In this document: positions 24,382 through 38,034 of the stretch, piece after piece
Numbering within the stretch: the stretch's first letter is position 1
Layout of the letters: every line of letters starts with the position of its first letter
Origin: Octopus vulgaris
Taxonomy: Eukaryota
Reading direction: 5' to 3'
Length of the DNA stretch: 64,000 nt
NCBI GenBank assembly: GCA_951406725.2
Contig: OX597818.1
Location: 30,690,001 to 30,754,000 of the forward strand
Notes under the pieces: model-generated
Databases searched by the model: none
What the model saw: only the letters and a program-made list of their open reading frames with translations
What the model was told of the DNA's origin: nothing
Made by a program: the position numbers and the translations under genes

Positions 24382-27283
24382 TATAAAATTATATGGATAA
24401 TAAACTTTTGCACAAAATTAGATTCTATTTTATTACAATAAATATTGGTGTTTTTGTGGAGCTTTTCATGGAAGGGACGTTGAGCTAAAAACATTGAGAA
24501 TTACTGCCTTACACCTTTTCATTCTTACATCTTTCTTCTTACATTTTCTCCCCCATCTCTTTCTTATTTATTACACTTTCTTACATTTGGTACGTTTTCT
24601 CTCGCTTCTCCTTACTCTTTCCCCTTTATCTTCTGTCTTAACGTCTAGTTTCACTTTCGTCACGTCCTTTAAACGAAATTGATTACAATGGAGTACGATA
24701 TTAGATTACAGGTTTTTAGTTTCGTGCAATATTTCCTCCTGCGATTAATGGTGTCTAATTTAGGCATAAAGTCCACATTTTCGAGGCGGGGAAAGGCTTA
24801 GACGATACCGTCGACCACAGAACTTCAATGGTATTTTATTTTATCAACCTCTGCAGAGAGGAGAGGCAAAGTTGGCCACGGCGGGGTTTGAGCCCAGAAC
24901 ATAAAGAGCCGGAACAAATACCGCAAAGCATTTTTTCACAGGCTCTAACTATTCTGCCGACTCACCACCATGACTTTGATTGTTCGCAACAAATGCCGTT
25001 AGGTTCTCAATGATGTTATATCCTGAGATTGTCAGGACCGTGTTAGGATACTGTGCTCTTGGAATTCTATGCAGTAAAATGGTCTGTTCTTAGTACGATG
25101 CATTGCCTATACATAATGAAGTGGCAATGAGCTATTGTACACCAGCTGCCCCACCACAACCATCACCACACATACACAAACAGCAGATTTTGTACATCAA
25201 ACAAAAGCCAATTGTGTGAAGTGGTTTATTATCCATTTATTCTTATATCATCCCATTAGATATTTGTATCACTTAATGTCTCTGACGTTAAATTTTTTGT
25301 GGAAATGAATAAAGTGAGTACATATATGATTAAAATATCCTGGACCTTGCCGTATCATTAGTCGTATTGACAAGATAACCTATTGTTATTGTGATCTCAA
25401 CAAAGATTTCTGATGATGTATCTAAGAGGGTGGGGTAAAATGAGTAATTTCTGCTTTGTTTTGTTATTTTTTTTTTCGGCTGAAAATACTATATTACGAG
25501 CATTCCGTCATCACTTTGCACTGTTGCCACGATTCTTGAGAACAAAAGTTGGTCAACATAGTTGTTGATGTTGAGTTTAAAACATAGGTGACAATTTTCT
25601 GTTTTTTTTTTCAAGAAATTCTCTTTTACCCGAGTGTAATTGTGATTGCTAATAAAATATCTGAATAATTTTGCTGTTTAACAATCAATTTTATTTTCTC
25701 CGTTGGATTCCAAGACCATTTATTTTTTTACACACGTCTAATTTGATAATCTTCAATTTTCAAAAAAATGTCTAATTTGGGTAAAATGAATAATTACTAA
25801 TTTCAATAATTTCTTTTCTTTATATCAGGAAGAGAGCCATTCTAACAGATCGTGAGGAAGCCATAGAGAATATTTTATGCTGAATTTTTAGATTTAGTCG
25901 AGTTCCGTCAATTTCATATCATGTGCCATTTTCCATAGTCCTCTTTCATTTGACCTAAATATTAAAAATTTTTTGCTGTATTTCTGATCTTTCTGATGTC
26001 TAAAGACATTCCGGAGAATTGAAGATGCAAATTTGCCTTATTTTGTCATATTCATTTTCCCCAGCTAAATTTGTCGTTCGCTTCATATAGAATGGTGTCA
26101 GAGTCGAATAATATGATGAAGTATATTATATTTGAAAAATCAAATGTTAGTCTTCATTTATATAGTTGTTTCTTTTTTTTTTATTTTTTTATTAATGTCG
26201 ACCTCCTCTTATTGCGCTGATATGTAACTGTCCTCCATCATATCCGTTCGCTTTCCTCCTTTAGCAAGGTGATAACGTCAGACTGTGTTTTAAGATCTCG
26301 TTCACTTGTTACCATCACTATTGGAGCTGAATTTCAGTCCAGTTGCAAGTAACCTGTCCTGAAAGAGTTTAACTTCTCTAATTTAGCTGCCTGCGTTTTG
26401 TCGCTGTTGTTTAACACTAAGTTAGGCCTTTGATCAAAGATGCTCCAGCCATGGCCAACACATCTTTGTATTTTAACTTTAGATCCACATCATCCAATGT
26501 GTTCATTTTTATAGTACAATAGGTTAAGGTTTGAGAAACGGTTGACCGCTATTTCCAGTAGGTCGATCAACGAGAAACCCTCCACATTAACTTGCCGTTT
26601 TTTGTCAATGATTTTTCTAGTGTTACCACTTACATGTTTTTTGTTTACTTCATTTGGTGTTATCATTGTTGTTGTTATTGTTTAGCCACGATAATAGTAG
26701 AATTATAATCAAACAGTAGAATTATAATAATTATAATAATTCTAACAACAGAATTATAATCAAAAGCGACCCAGTTGTGACCGTCTTGTAGTATTGTATA
26801 TCTAAAAATACATTGTCCAGTACGCTCCTCTTTCTTTTAAGATGGTAGTATGTGACTTGAGGGAGATTTTGTGACTATTTGTAGTAGTTAGTGTAACTAT
26901 GAAAAGGCTTCCTTGTTAGTTATTATCCACTCTTTGTTATTGTTGGTTGTGGTGTTTGTATTTGTGTTGCTTTGTTCATGCTATCCTTGTCCACTATTAT
27001 TACTGTTTACTCTTCACAGATGGAGAAAGATGTAGTTTTTATTATCGTACTAGTCTCTTGCTAGTCTTAAAACTCCTTCCTCCTATTATTCCTTCCGCCA
27101 CAGTTCGTAAAAATGTGTGTTTGCCTTGTCAGCAAAGGAAAAAAGACAAATGAAATCCAAGTATTTTCTCCTTGAAGAGATTCTCTAGTTACAAGCTAAA
27201 CAAAACAATATATAAGAAAAAGAAACTTAAATCCAATTAAAATAGCCTTTCAAAAATTCGCGGAGATTTGTTTGGCTTATCTA

Positions 27284-27316
<33 letters not shown>

Positions 27317-27317
<1 letters not shown>

Positions 27318-27495
27318 GAGTGAGAGAGCAGTGCATGCCATCAAAGTGACACTGGGGTAAAATATACGAAGCCTAGTATACACATCATGGCTACCAGTCT
27401 GATAAGGGTACACCAGGCACATGCAGCACAACCATATGTGTGTAACATGGTGATCTCATATCAAGATAAACAGCGCGTGACCTTGCAAGTGGGGC
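27317..27495 (-). mobile_element. (TAA)n-tailed non-coding repeat, inverted relative to the copy at 27743-28035
   Basis: Reverse-complement match between the two loci. Both end in (TAA)n. Confidence 0.8.
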
Positions 27496-27583
27496 CTTAA
27501 GGCAGAAATAACGCGAGACAGTTTATCCGACTAGCTAACGGCTCTATCAGCTCGCTCCTTAATAATAATAACAATAATAATAA

Positions 27584-27687
27584 AGAATTCTTCGCAGGGT
27601 TCTTGAAGCAAAAGTGTCACCTTAGTCTGCTGGCTGTAGACAGCTGACACTTTCCATCATACGCAGCTAAATAAGCTGTGAGTTTTC

Positions 27688-27690
<3 letters not shown>
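27584..27690 (+). mobile_element. Very short R4/Dong-type 3' end between TAA repeats
   Basis: Encodes RILRRVLEA, the same terminal motif as the 28102 element, with TAA repeats on both sides. Confidence 0.55.
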
Positions 27691-27741
<51 letters not shown>

Positions 27742-27742
27742 G

Positions 27743-28035
27743 GATTTGGATAATTCACCTATGGAAACATGAGTGTTTCGTTCAACATCCTTAAACAACC
27801 CTTATTCAGGGACCTTTTGAGCAGGATGGGCTACCCAACCTGAAGAAAAATCTAACTGGGCCCTCCTGCAAGGTCATGCGCTGGTTATCTTGATATGTGA
27901 TCACCATGTCGCGCACATATGGTTGTGGTGCATGTGCCTAGTGTACCCTTATCAGATGGGTAGTCATGATGAGTATACTGGGCTTCGTATATTTTACCCA
28001 AGTGTCACTCTGATGGCATGTACTGCTCTTTCATC
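27743..28035 (+). mobile_element. (TAA)n-flanked non-coding repeat
   Basis: Homologous to 27317-27495 with (TAA)n on both sides. Confidence 0.8.
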
Positions 28036-28091
<56 letters not shown>

Positions 28092-28101
28092 TAATAATAA
28101 G

Positions 28102-28477
28102 GTATGATAGATGTTGCAATACCAGGCGATTCGAATGTAAAATGAAAAGAAACAGAAAAGATGGAGAAATACCAGCCACTGCTGGACGAGATTGGAAAGT
28201 TATGGGACATGAGGAAAGTAACGGGGATACCGGTGGTAACTGGAGCATTAGGAGCAGTTTCCAAGGGCTTTGAAAACATATTAAGAATATTGGAACTGCT
28301 GTCAGGCTCGAAGTGATCCAGAAGACAGTATTGTTGGGTACAGTTCGCATTCTAAGGAGAGTATTGTCCCTTTGAGTCACAGGAGAAGGCACTACTTGAA
28401 ACCTTTGGTAATTTGTTATTGCCTGCTTTCAAGTAAAGAATAACCGGTAATTAAGAACTATCCGACGGTCTTTCAGA
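28102..28477 (+). mobile_element. R4/Dong-type retrotransposon 3' end inserted in (TAA)n
   Basis: IDVAIPGDSNVK*KETEKMEKYQPLLDEIGKLWDMRKV..PVVTGALG..IQKTVLLGTVRILRRVLSL*. (TAA)n flanks match the known Dong target. Confidence 0.88.
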
Positions 28478-28742
28478 ATAATAATAATAATAATAATAAA
28501 TAATAATAATAATAATAATAATAATAATTTGGGGAAGAGGGAACTAACCGATTACATCGACCCCAGTGCGCAGCTGGTACTTATTTCATCGACTCCGAAA
28601 GGATGAAAGGCGAAGTTGAATATGACGGAATTCGAGCGTAAACCTAGAAGAAAAACCGCCAAACATTTCGTCCGGCGTGCTAACGGTTCTGCCAGCTCAT
28701 ACATATGGGCAGCACGTTTGGTCGAAGGAGTGAAATAAAACA

Positions 28743-29352
28743 TCTATATATATAAAACTGTAGTTGTGTGAGTGTCTGTCCCCTTCGATTTAGATTCCTA
28801 ACTACTCCCACATTTTGCGGTGCAGTTTAACCAAATTCGGGTATCTTATAGTCGTGATTCATATCGAGCCCATCTGGGTATTAGCGCGCATCTACGATTT
28901 AAAAAATAATTTAACAATTTTTTATTCCATTTTAATGCATAATTTTTCGTGTGTCGATGGCGGCGGAGTTGGCGTCCACGCTCACACCTGCACCTGTGGG
29001 GAAGGGAGTGTAAGGAAATCAACGTCGTAATGCGTTGTCAAGGAGACCAGCGTTCTTTTAGAACAACGACTTCATGGCTTGAAGACACCAAAACAGAAAT
29101 GGCTACACGAGTCTACGATTTAAAAAAGAATTTACCATCATTTTTTTCCATTTTAATGCATTTTTTCGCTATTATATAAGGGAAGTAACTCTCTAAAAAT
29201 GTCTACGATGAATCAACGATTTAAAAAAATTTACCATAATTTTTTTTCCATTTTTAATGCAATTTTTTGCTATTTTTTGGCTATAACTCTCTAAAAATGC
29301 TTATATAGTTATTTCCCTTACAAACCCGAGCAACGCCGGGCGATATTGCTAG
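28743..29352 (+). mobile_element. Complete non-autonomous Helitron (610 bp)
   Basis: A|TCTATATATATAAAA 5' end, CCCG-agcaacgc-CGGG hairpin, CTAG|T 3' end, no TSD, internal CGATTTAAAAAA repeats. Confidence 0.88.
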
Positions 29353-29536
29353 TTATATATAAGGAAAGTAATGACGCGTCCTAGTATGGAAATAGCCACT
29401 TAAAGCCAACCAAGGAACTCTACAAATTTAGGATTATTCTGACTACCGAGGGCAAATGCCTCCTCTCAAATGCATTCTCCAATCTACAGGTACATGCTCT
29501 CAGTAATCTGCTACATATTTTATAGTTACTTGACAT

Positions 29537-29675
29537 AGGCGTAGGAGTGACTGTGTGGTAAGTAGCTTGCTTACGAACCACATAGTTCCGGGTTCAGTCC
29601 CACTACTATAGCCTCGGGCCGACCAAGGCCTTGTGAGTGGATTTGGTAGGCGAAAACTGAAAGAAGCCCGTCGTA

Positions 29676-29774
<99 letters not shown>

Positions 29775-29970
29775 TATGTCTGTGTTTGTCACCCCAACAT
29801 CGCTTGACAACCGATGCTGGTGTGTTTACGTCCCCGTAACTTAGCGGTTCGGCAAAAGAGACCGATAGAATAAGTACTAGGCTTACAAAGAATAAATCCT
29901 GGGGTAGATTAGACTAAAAGCGTTGCTCCAGCATGGCCACAGTCACATGACTGAAACAAGAGTAAAAGAG
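29537..29970 (+). mobile_element. SINE family B
   Basis: Matches the 18377 and 46064 copies, with an internal deletion. Confidence 0.9.
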
Positions 29971-30169
29971 TATTCTGTTTTATTACAAGATTTGGTTGGT
30001 TGTGGTAGAAATACTGGGGTCTATTTAATCGATTATCCCTTTTCATGAAAATGTTGATGTGTGCATCAGAGTAGTTACAATGGGCCCATGTTCATCACAC
30101 TTCCCCATCTGTCAGCGAATTTACCAGCGGGTAGCATCTCGATCTCGTCCCTCACTTCTACAAGTGGTA

Positions 30170-30367
30170 CTCTTTTACTTGTTTCAGTCATTTGACAGTG
30201 GGCATGCTGGAGCACCGCCATTTAGTTGAACAAATCGACCCTAGGACTTATTCTTTGTAAGCCTAGTACTTATCCTATCGGCCTCTTTTCCCAAACCGCT
30301 AAGTTACGGGGACGTAAACACACCACCATCTGTTGTCAAGCGATGTTGGGGGTGACAAACACAGACC

Positions 30368-30404
<37 letters not shown>

Positions 30405-30575
30405 GACGGGCTTCTTTCAGTTTCCGTCTACCAAATCCACTCACAAGGCTTTGGTCGGCCCGAGGCTATAGTAGAAGACACTTGCCCAAAACTCGGAATC
30501 ATGTGGCTGGTAAGCAAATTACTTACCACACAGCCACTCCCACACGTATAGCTACTTACCACAGCCACTCCAACT
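30170..30575 (-). mobile_element. SINE family B
   Basis: Reverse-complement copy. Confidence 0.9.
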
Positions 30576-30594
30576 TGATAAAATTATAATGTCT

Positions 30595-31495
30595 TCTAAC
30601 TTAGGCACGAGTCTATCTATTTTGAGGGAAAGAGTCTTAGTTTGGTACCATGGACTCCAGTATTTGATTAGAGTTTATTTTATCAACTCAGGAAGGATGA
30701 AAAAACAAAGCTGGCCTTGGTAAGAAAAAGCCAAAACAAATACGGCAAGGCATTTTCCCAATACTCTGCCTGTTCTGCCAATCCAAAGTCCTTTTGATAA
30801 TAATTTCTAATCTAGGTACAAGGCCAGCAATTTTGAAGGGAAGGTTAATCGATACTATCAACTTCTATAATTGACTGGAACTTTATTTTATAGACCGCGG
30901 AGGGATGAAAGGCAAAGCTAGCCTCGGGTAGGATTTGAACCCATAGCGTAAAGGCTACAAAAAAAAATACAGCAACTCATTTTGATCGATTCTTTAACAG
31001 TTCTGCCAATCCACCATAAGGCCTGAAATTCACGGGGAGCGCTCTAAAAAGACGAAAGACGTTAAGTATTTCGTCCGGTCTGCTAAAGATCCTTCCAACT
31101 GATTGCCTTAACTGCCCCTGTAATACTGATTTCAAATTTTGGCACAAGGCCAGCAATTTCGAGTGAGGGGCTAAGTTGTTTACATCACCTCCAGTGTTCA
31201 ACTGGTTCTTATTTCATTCGACCCTGAAAGAATGAAAGTCACAATCGACCTCAGCGGAACTTGAACTCAGGACGTGCAGACGGACGAAATCCTAAATATT
31301 TTGCCTGGCGTGCTGACAGTTTGCCAGCTCGTCGCCTTAACTGCCCTTGTAATAATAATAATAATTTCAAATTTTTCCACAAGAGCGGCAATTTTGGGGA
31401 AGCAGATGAGTCGATTACATCGACCCCAGAGTTCAACTAGTACTTATTTTATCGACCCCCAAAGGATTAAAGGTAAAGTCGGCTTCGCGGAATTA
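30595..31495 (-). mobile_element. Cluster of degraded SINE family A copies
   Basis: Repeated CACAAGGCCAGCAATTT...GATGAAAGGCAAAG...TTTGAAC-like blocks. Confidence 0.75.
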
Positions 31496-31829
31496 TGTAG
31501 TAGTAGTAGTAATAATAATAAAAAGAGAAAAAGGAAGCACTCCGTCGGTTACGACGACGAGGGTTCCGGTTGATCCGATCAACAGAACAGCCTGCTCGTG
31601 AAATTAACGTGTAAGTGGCTGAGCACTCCACAGACACGTGTACCCTTAACGTAGTTCTCGGGGATATTCAGCGTGACACAGAGAGTGACAAGGCCGGCCC
31701 TTTGAAATACGGTGCAGAATGCTTTTTAACTCAATAGACGTCACTGATTGGTTGAAATTGCAGAAATTGAAGAAAAAAACAACAAATATCTTACAAACTA
31801 TAGAATTTTCTCAATAAAGGCAAGAGAAA

Positions 31830-31883
<54 letters not shown>

Positions 31884-32274
31884 CACAACATTGGCCCTCT
31901 TCAAATGGATACATACAAAAAAAATATTGTATGAAACTGTCCGAGGTGAACTCACTTTTATGAATGCACTTTATTATCTGGCGATATATATCCTTTGTCT
32001 ACTATTTTGATTATACTTACTGTCCTTCTCAGAATTGCATATGTCCATGTTTAAACATGTATTGGCCTTGTTATAAAACAATACACACAACATGCCACTA
32101 ATTAGTTTTTCATAAATTAGTCATAGATCCGATTTTGGCTAATTTATTTGACCAAGCGATGTATGTCTTCCCTTATTAGCTAGTTTTGTATTTTATATCA
32201 CACGCGACTTTCACAGCTAAACGAAATGAAATAAATGAAAACAAGGTTTTTCTATTATCCCATTTGAATTCGGG

Positions 32275-32487
32275 ATATCTTTTAGCCTTTAAACCGGTCA
32301 TATTCAGCCCAAATATTCTGTCTATTTTATGTTCAAAGTGACCAGATCTGGCCTCTCACATTTACCCTGCAATATCGTTTTTAAAATAAACAATCAAATC
32401 TTCAAAATCTAGAAGCTATAAGATAATTCATGATTAACTCAAAACAGTGTGTATAAATAAGCATTACGTCTGAATTCTAAAGGGTTA
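32275..32487. mobile_element. Degraded piggyBac-like MITE
   Basis: Right end ...CTAAAGGGTTA; left end is degenerate (CTTTAGC). Confidence 0.4.
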
Positions 32488-32557
32488 GACACTGATAGAG
32501 CTCACACTGTCTTGGTTGAAGAAGAAACAGTTTCTTGTTCTCTGTAGAAGCAAAATG

Positions 32558-32985
32558 GGATCTTTTCGGTTTGAACGGCAGTTTTTTCTAGCGGTGTCAT
32601 ATGAAAATGTCACCCATAATTATGACCCTAGAATCGATCTGTTGCATTTCAATCTCTTTTAGGGTTAGGGTTAGTTAGGGTTAGGGGTGGGGGAAGGTTA
32701 TCTTTTTTTCTTCACAAATGTAAATAAACCCAATCTGTTTCTTAAACGAGGAACATATTCATACGGCGCAGAATGCTTTTTAACTCAATAGACGTCACTG
32801 ATTGGTTGAAATTGCAGAAATTGAAGAAAAAAAAAACAACAAATATCTTACAAACTATAAAACTTTCTCAATAAAGCCAAGAGAAAAAGATGTTTTATAA
32901 ACACATTCTACCAGTATACGAAGTTTAAAATTTTTTAATTACCTAGAAATTATGTTAAAAACTACCGTTCAAACCGAAAAGATCC
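32558..32985. mobile_element. MITE with ~29-bp TIR (GGATCTTTTCGGTTTGAACGG), 8-bp TSD and internal TTAGGG repeats
   Basis: TSD GCAAAATG at 32550-32557 and 32986-32993. TTAGGGTTAGGGTTAGTTAGGGTTAGGGG at ~32658. Confidence 0.92.
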
Positions 32986-35558
32986 GCAAAATGATCAGTA
33001 CTGAGTTTCGGATTATCAATTCGTAAATCTTGAATTCACATTCCCCAGCAATATTGTAGTTGGTTTTGGACAGGCTGCTCAATTCAAAATATCACAGTTC
33101 ATCTGACTGTTGGAAGTATACACCAGTTTCACAGGAATATCCCTTTCCATTCAACAGCATTCTTTTCCAGAATAAAATTTACATTTTATACCATAGAACC
33201 CGAAACTACGTACTGCCTTAAGTAGCCTCCATTTATAACTGAATTCTACTCCAATCCATGACACATAATTACAGTCAGGTGACAAGGAAATGAATCAATG
33301 AACTTGGCCAGAGAACAGCTCGATACGATATCATGTCGGTTAGCAATCAATCTCTGGATAACAGATAACGAAAACTGAATTATATTTTTATGCACAACGA
33401 AAAGAATAATTAAGAAAGATAAACTTACCTCTCCAATGGTCATGAAGAGAATGTGGAATCCGTGTTCTGGTCGAAGAACACGCAACAAAATACAAGAAAA
33501 CTATGAAACAAGTTCGATAGATTTCTTTTATATTGTAACATCGACTGCCTTCATGGCAACGGTTTGGTGATAAAACTGCGACAGAAGACATGTCTTGAAA
33601 AAATATCAAGCGAGTAAAATCCCACCAGATCTGATAAAAAACTTAGCAATTAAGGATAATGATAATCTTTATATCGGTCCATTGTGCAATTGTAATCAGC
33701 TTCTGACCCTCTAAGAAGCGATGTGTTTATATATTTGTTTTAACATTATTCTGTATATGAAGAATTAATTGCATGGTAGGTGAATGAATTTTATCTCCAG
33801 ATCATAAATGAGAGAAATTAACAGTGAAGATTCAGTGAAGTGAGAGTAGCAGAAAGTACATTGTGTTGTTGTACATTAAGTTGTAAAATATGTGAGATTT
33901 AAAGATAATAGGTATTGAGAAACGGTTTCAATTTTGTTATACATGTCGGTTAGGTGGGGAAAGAAAACAAGGAAAATTGGTACAGAAATAATTCGGGAGA
34001 AGTAAAAGGGCTGCTAGACATGGTGAGATAAAAAAAAATTATAGAGGAATAAGAAATAAGAGTTTGAGAGATAAACAGATATAAAAAGAAAGAAAAAAGA
34101 ACTGAAATAATTTGAGAAGAAGTGGGAAGAAGTGCGAAAGAAAGAGAATGGTAAAAGTAAATAAATGCGAATTAATCTAAATTATGATCTATGATTTTTT
34201 AAAAAAAATAACTTCCTTGACTTTGTGTGTGAAGTTGGTATCAACATTAGCATCTTATATGGAATTAGGTTAAATGCGATTATTATAATACTGGTTTCCT
34301 AATACAACATGCTTATTCTAAGTTGTGGCGTTCCTGCGTTTTTCAGCGGTAACCGTTCAATGATTTCTTCAAAAGACATGAATGAAACGTACACAATACT
34401 GAATTACAAAACTGGAGATTTGTAGAGAAGGGTTAATGGTAAGTTGTGGCATTCTTAACTTTTTGAAATTATATTAGCGGTATATGTGAAACAGCTCCAA
34501 GTTGGGAATCGAACCCGAGTCGCAGATTTAGATTCACCGAAAACTTGTTCTATGAGTGTCTGTCATAAAAAAAAAAAAATGTCTGAACAGCTATAAATGA
34601 TTCGATGCAGTTTGAATAGAAATGTCACTCTTGCTAGTTGTAGTTAGTATGTAATCCAGTTACTTTCTGTACATAATCCTCGCATTAATCGTTGAGCTTA
34701 TTTTCAACTTGGATTATGGTGATGTTTCAATTAAAATAAAATTATCAATAGTAATAATAACGTATATTCTACGTTGCTATTGTCTTTTATGACATTTTAG
34801 TATGAATGGTTAAAAAAAAATGGAAGACATATCAATGTTGTGTTCCAAAGTGAATGTTTACTCCAAATTTGATTTGTCTTCAAGCGGTTAACGATTTTTT
34901 CTGCAATTTGTTTCAATAAACGTGTATGTATTGTTCGTGTACATGGAGTATGTGTGTGTATGCAACAGCTTATGTATTTGTGTTTCTCATTGTAGATGTG
35001 AGGCAGGTTGTTAAGTGTTAATTAAATCGATGCCGACCAAATCTGCTAGAGAACGTCCGGCTACCTGTTTGATGAGGAAATCAAAGAAAAATTCTTGAGA
35101 AAGAATGAATGTAAGCGTGTGTTTGCCGATGTAGTGAAATAAAACTGTTCAGTACAATGTAAGAAGAAAGTGTTGTCACAACTATTGCTACATCCGTTTC
35201 GCCTTGCTGGCGGCGGTGGCTTCCTTGATTTCAGGAGGGAGAAGCCGTAGTAATGGGCAGAGGGGGATGAGAGTGGAAGTGGTGGTGATAGTAGTGATGA
35301 TGGTAGTAGTGGTGAATACACTTTATGTACAGTTTTCCCATAGTTTCTTTTTCTTTTTTAATAAGACACTTACCTTCGAGGCCCCCTTCCACTCTCCACA
35401 ACGTCTCATATTCAAGCACACACTTACAGGTCGCATACTATGAGTAATATGTTGTGTGTACAAACATCAGAAAACATTATTGAATGAAATAGTTTTTCAT
35501 TTCATCATTATTAACAAAAAAAAAAGAAAGAAGAAAAAAGAAACTTATTTAAAAAAAA

Positions 35559-35976
35559 GGATCTTTTCGGTTTGAACGGCAGTTTTTAACATAATTTCTA
35601 GGTAGCTAAAAAATTTTAAACTTCGGATACTGGTAGAATGTGTTTATAAAACATCTTTTTCTCTTGGCTTTATTGAGAAAGTTTTATGGTTTGTAAGATA
35701 TTTGTTGGTTTTTTTTCTTCAATTTCTGCAATTTCAACCAATCAGTGACGTCTATTGAGTTAAAATGTATTCTGTGCCGTATGAATATGTCCCTCGTTTA
35801 AGAAACAGATTGGGTTTATTTACATTTGTGAAGAAAAAAAAGATACCCTTCCCCCACCCCTAACCCTAACCCTAAAACGGATTGAAATGCAATAGATCGA
35901 TACTAGGGTCATAATTATGGGTGACAATTTCATATGACACCGCTAGAAAAAACTGCCGTTCAAACCGAAAAGATCC
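35559..35976. mobile_element. Same MITE family, opposite orientation
   Basis: Same TIRs and internal CCCTAA repeats. The TSD is imperfect in the A-rich flank. Confidence 0.9.
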
Positions 35977-36026
35977 CCAAAAAAGCAACTCTTACACATA
36001 CGAACCTTCATAGAAATATGTTGTTA

Positions 36027-36074
<48 letters not shown>

Positions 36075-36352
36075 GATACACTCCAAAATCATGCTCTCTC
36101 TCTCTCACACACACACACACATAAATGCACGAACATATATCTATGCAGAGTAGACATTCGATTACTAAATCACTTATGATGGGAAACTTAATAAGGACGA
36201 CGTTTGCCTTAGAAATTTCAACAATATATTAAATTTGGCGTTCAGTTAAAAACAATCATTTACATACGTGCATACACACATCCATCCATACATCCATACA
36301 TCCATACATACATCTATCCATACATACATACGTACGTACGTACGTACGTACG

Positions 36353-37245
36353 TGCATCAATTCGGTGCAACCACAAAAGACTTGATATTATTCTGTAGGA
36401 CTTGGAACAAAAGTCATGCACTGTTGTAGAGATCAGCTGTCCAGCGGATGTGAATGTACAATTAACAGTCCAGGAAAAAGGGAACATGTATGGCGAATTA
36501 ATGCGGAACTTACAGCTCTTTTGTATTTATCATCATAGGTGCATTAGATTTTGTACCAATGAATTTGCACAGAAACCTTGAAATCCTCGGTTTCACGGAG
36601 AGAAAGTAAAAGAAACTGACGCGGATTCTCGAAATCCATTCTATTAGTGGCACAATGAAGACTTGTTAGATATTTCAAAGATTTTCTATCTGAGATTCTT
36701 TAGGCGAATAGATGCATAGGCGCAGGGGTGGCTGTGTGGTAAGTAGCTTGCTTACCAACCACATGGTTGCGGGTTCAGTCCCACTGCGTGGCACCTTGGG
36801 CTCCGACCAAAGCCTTGTGAGTGGATTTGGTAGACGGAAACTGAAAGAAGCCCGTCGTATATATGTATATATATGTGTGTGCGTGTATGTCTGTGTGTCT
36901 GTGTTTGTCCCCTAGCATTGCTTGACAACCGATACTGGTGTGTTTATATCCCCGTCACTTAGCGGTTCGGCAAAAGAGACCGATAGAATAAGTACTGGGC
37001 TTACAAAGAATAAGTCCCGGGGTCGAGTTGCTCGACTAAAGGCGGTGCTCCAGCATGGCCGCAGTCAAATGACTGAAACAAGTAAAAGAGTGAAAAGAGT
37101 GAATACCCTTAGATGTATGCATCGACAGTTCAACCAACACACCAACTCAACCACATATTTATAAAGACCGAGAATTCTCTTCACGCAAAAGTCTTGTCGC
37201 GTTGTTAGCGACTGGGTTGAATTCTCTCTTGAACTCAAAGCACAG
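36353..37245 (+). mobile_element. R4/Dong-type retrotransposon 3' end next to (CATA)n, interrupted by a SINE B
   Basis: CNHKRLDIIL*DLEQKSCTVVEISCPADVNV..EKGNMYGELMRNLQL..IIIGAL (RLE). Homologous to 58160-59170. Confidence 0.8.
36718..37100 (+). mobile_element. SINE family B
   Basis: Near full-length copy. Confidence 0.92.
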
Positions 37246-37599
37246 TCATATATGTATATATGTTTACGAGCAAAATGCTCCCATCCTCGTCCAATGTTAA
37301 AATTGTCAAACATTTTAAACCAAATTTTCTCAAAACAACTTGTTCGACCGTCCCATAGGCCTCCCCTTTGAGAAACACTGATTTAACCTAAATTTGAGAC
37401 ACCAGCAAAAGAAGAAATAAAGCTAGACTTTTTTTCAATTCCAAAGAAAAACGATTTTATTTACACAAATATGCAACCGAAGAGTTTAAAGTACCAGTAA
37501 TGATAAGGCTGTTGACTGGGAGAACACAAACATGGTTTTAAACAGTAAGCTTGGCAGGAAGGTGCAGTTGACGGAAGAAAAGCAGGACAAAAACGGCTT

Positions 37600-37756
37600 T
37601 ATTGATCGCATTCTCACCTGGAATCGATTTTTGTAATTTTTTCACGCCATAATACCGTCAGTATCTACGTATCAAATTTGAGCGCAATCGGATGGAGGAT
37701 GCCTGAGATCCTAGAGGACACACACACCGACAGACAGAACGGATTTTATATGAGAT
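37600..37756 (-). mobile_element. Probable 5' part of a non-autonomous Helitron-like element
   Basis: Minus strand begins TATCTCATATAAAA..CTGTCTGTC, similar in architecture to the 28743 element's 5' end. Confidence 0.45.
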
Positions 37757-37765
37757 ATGCACACG

Positions 37766-37801
<36 letters not shown>

Positions 37802-37926
37802 CTCGGTTTGTAACGACGTGGTTTGGGTTTCAGTCCCACTTTAGGCAGTGTCTTTTACTGGAGCCAAAGGCAGACTAATACCCAGTGAGTGAATTTGGTG
37901 GACAGAAACAGTGTGAAATACAGCAG

Positions 37927-37958
<32 letters not shown>

Positions 37959-37982
37959 TGTGTGTGTGTACGCGTGCGTGTA

Positions 37983-38034
<52 letters not shown>

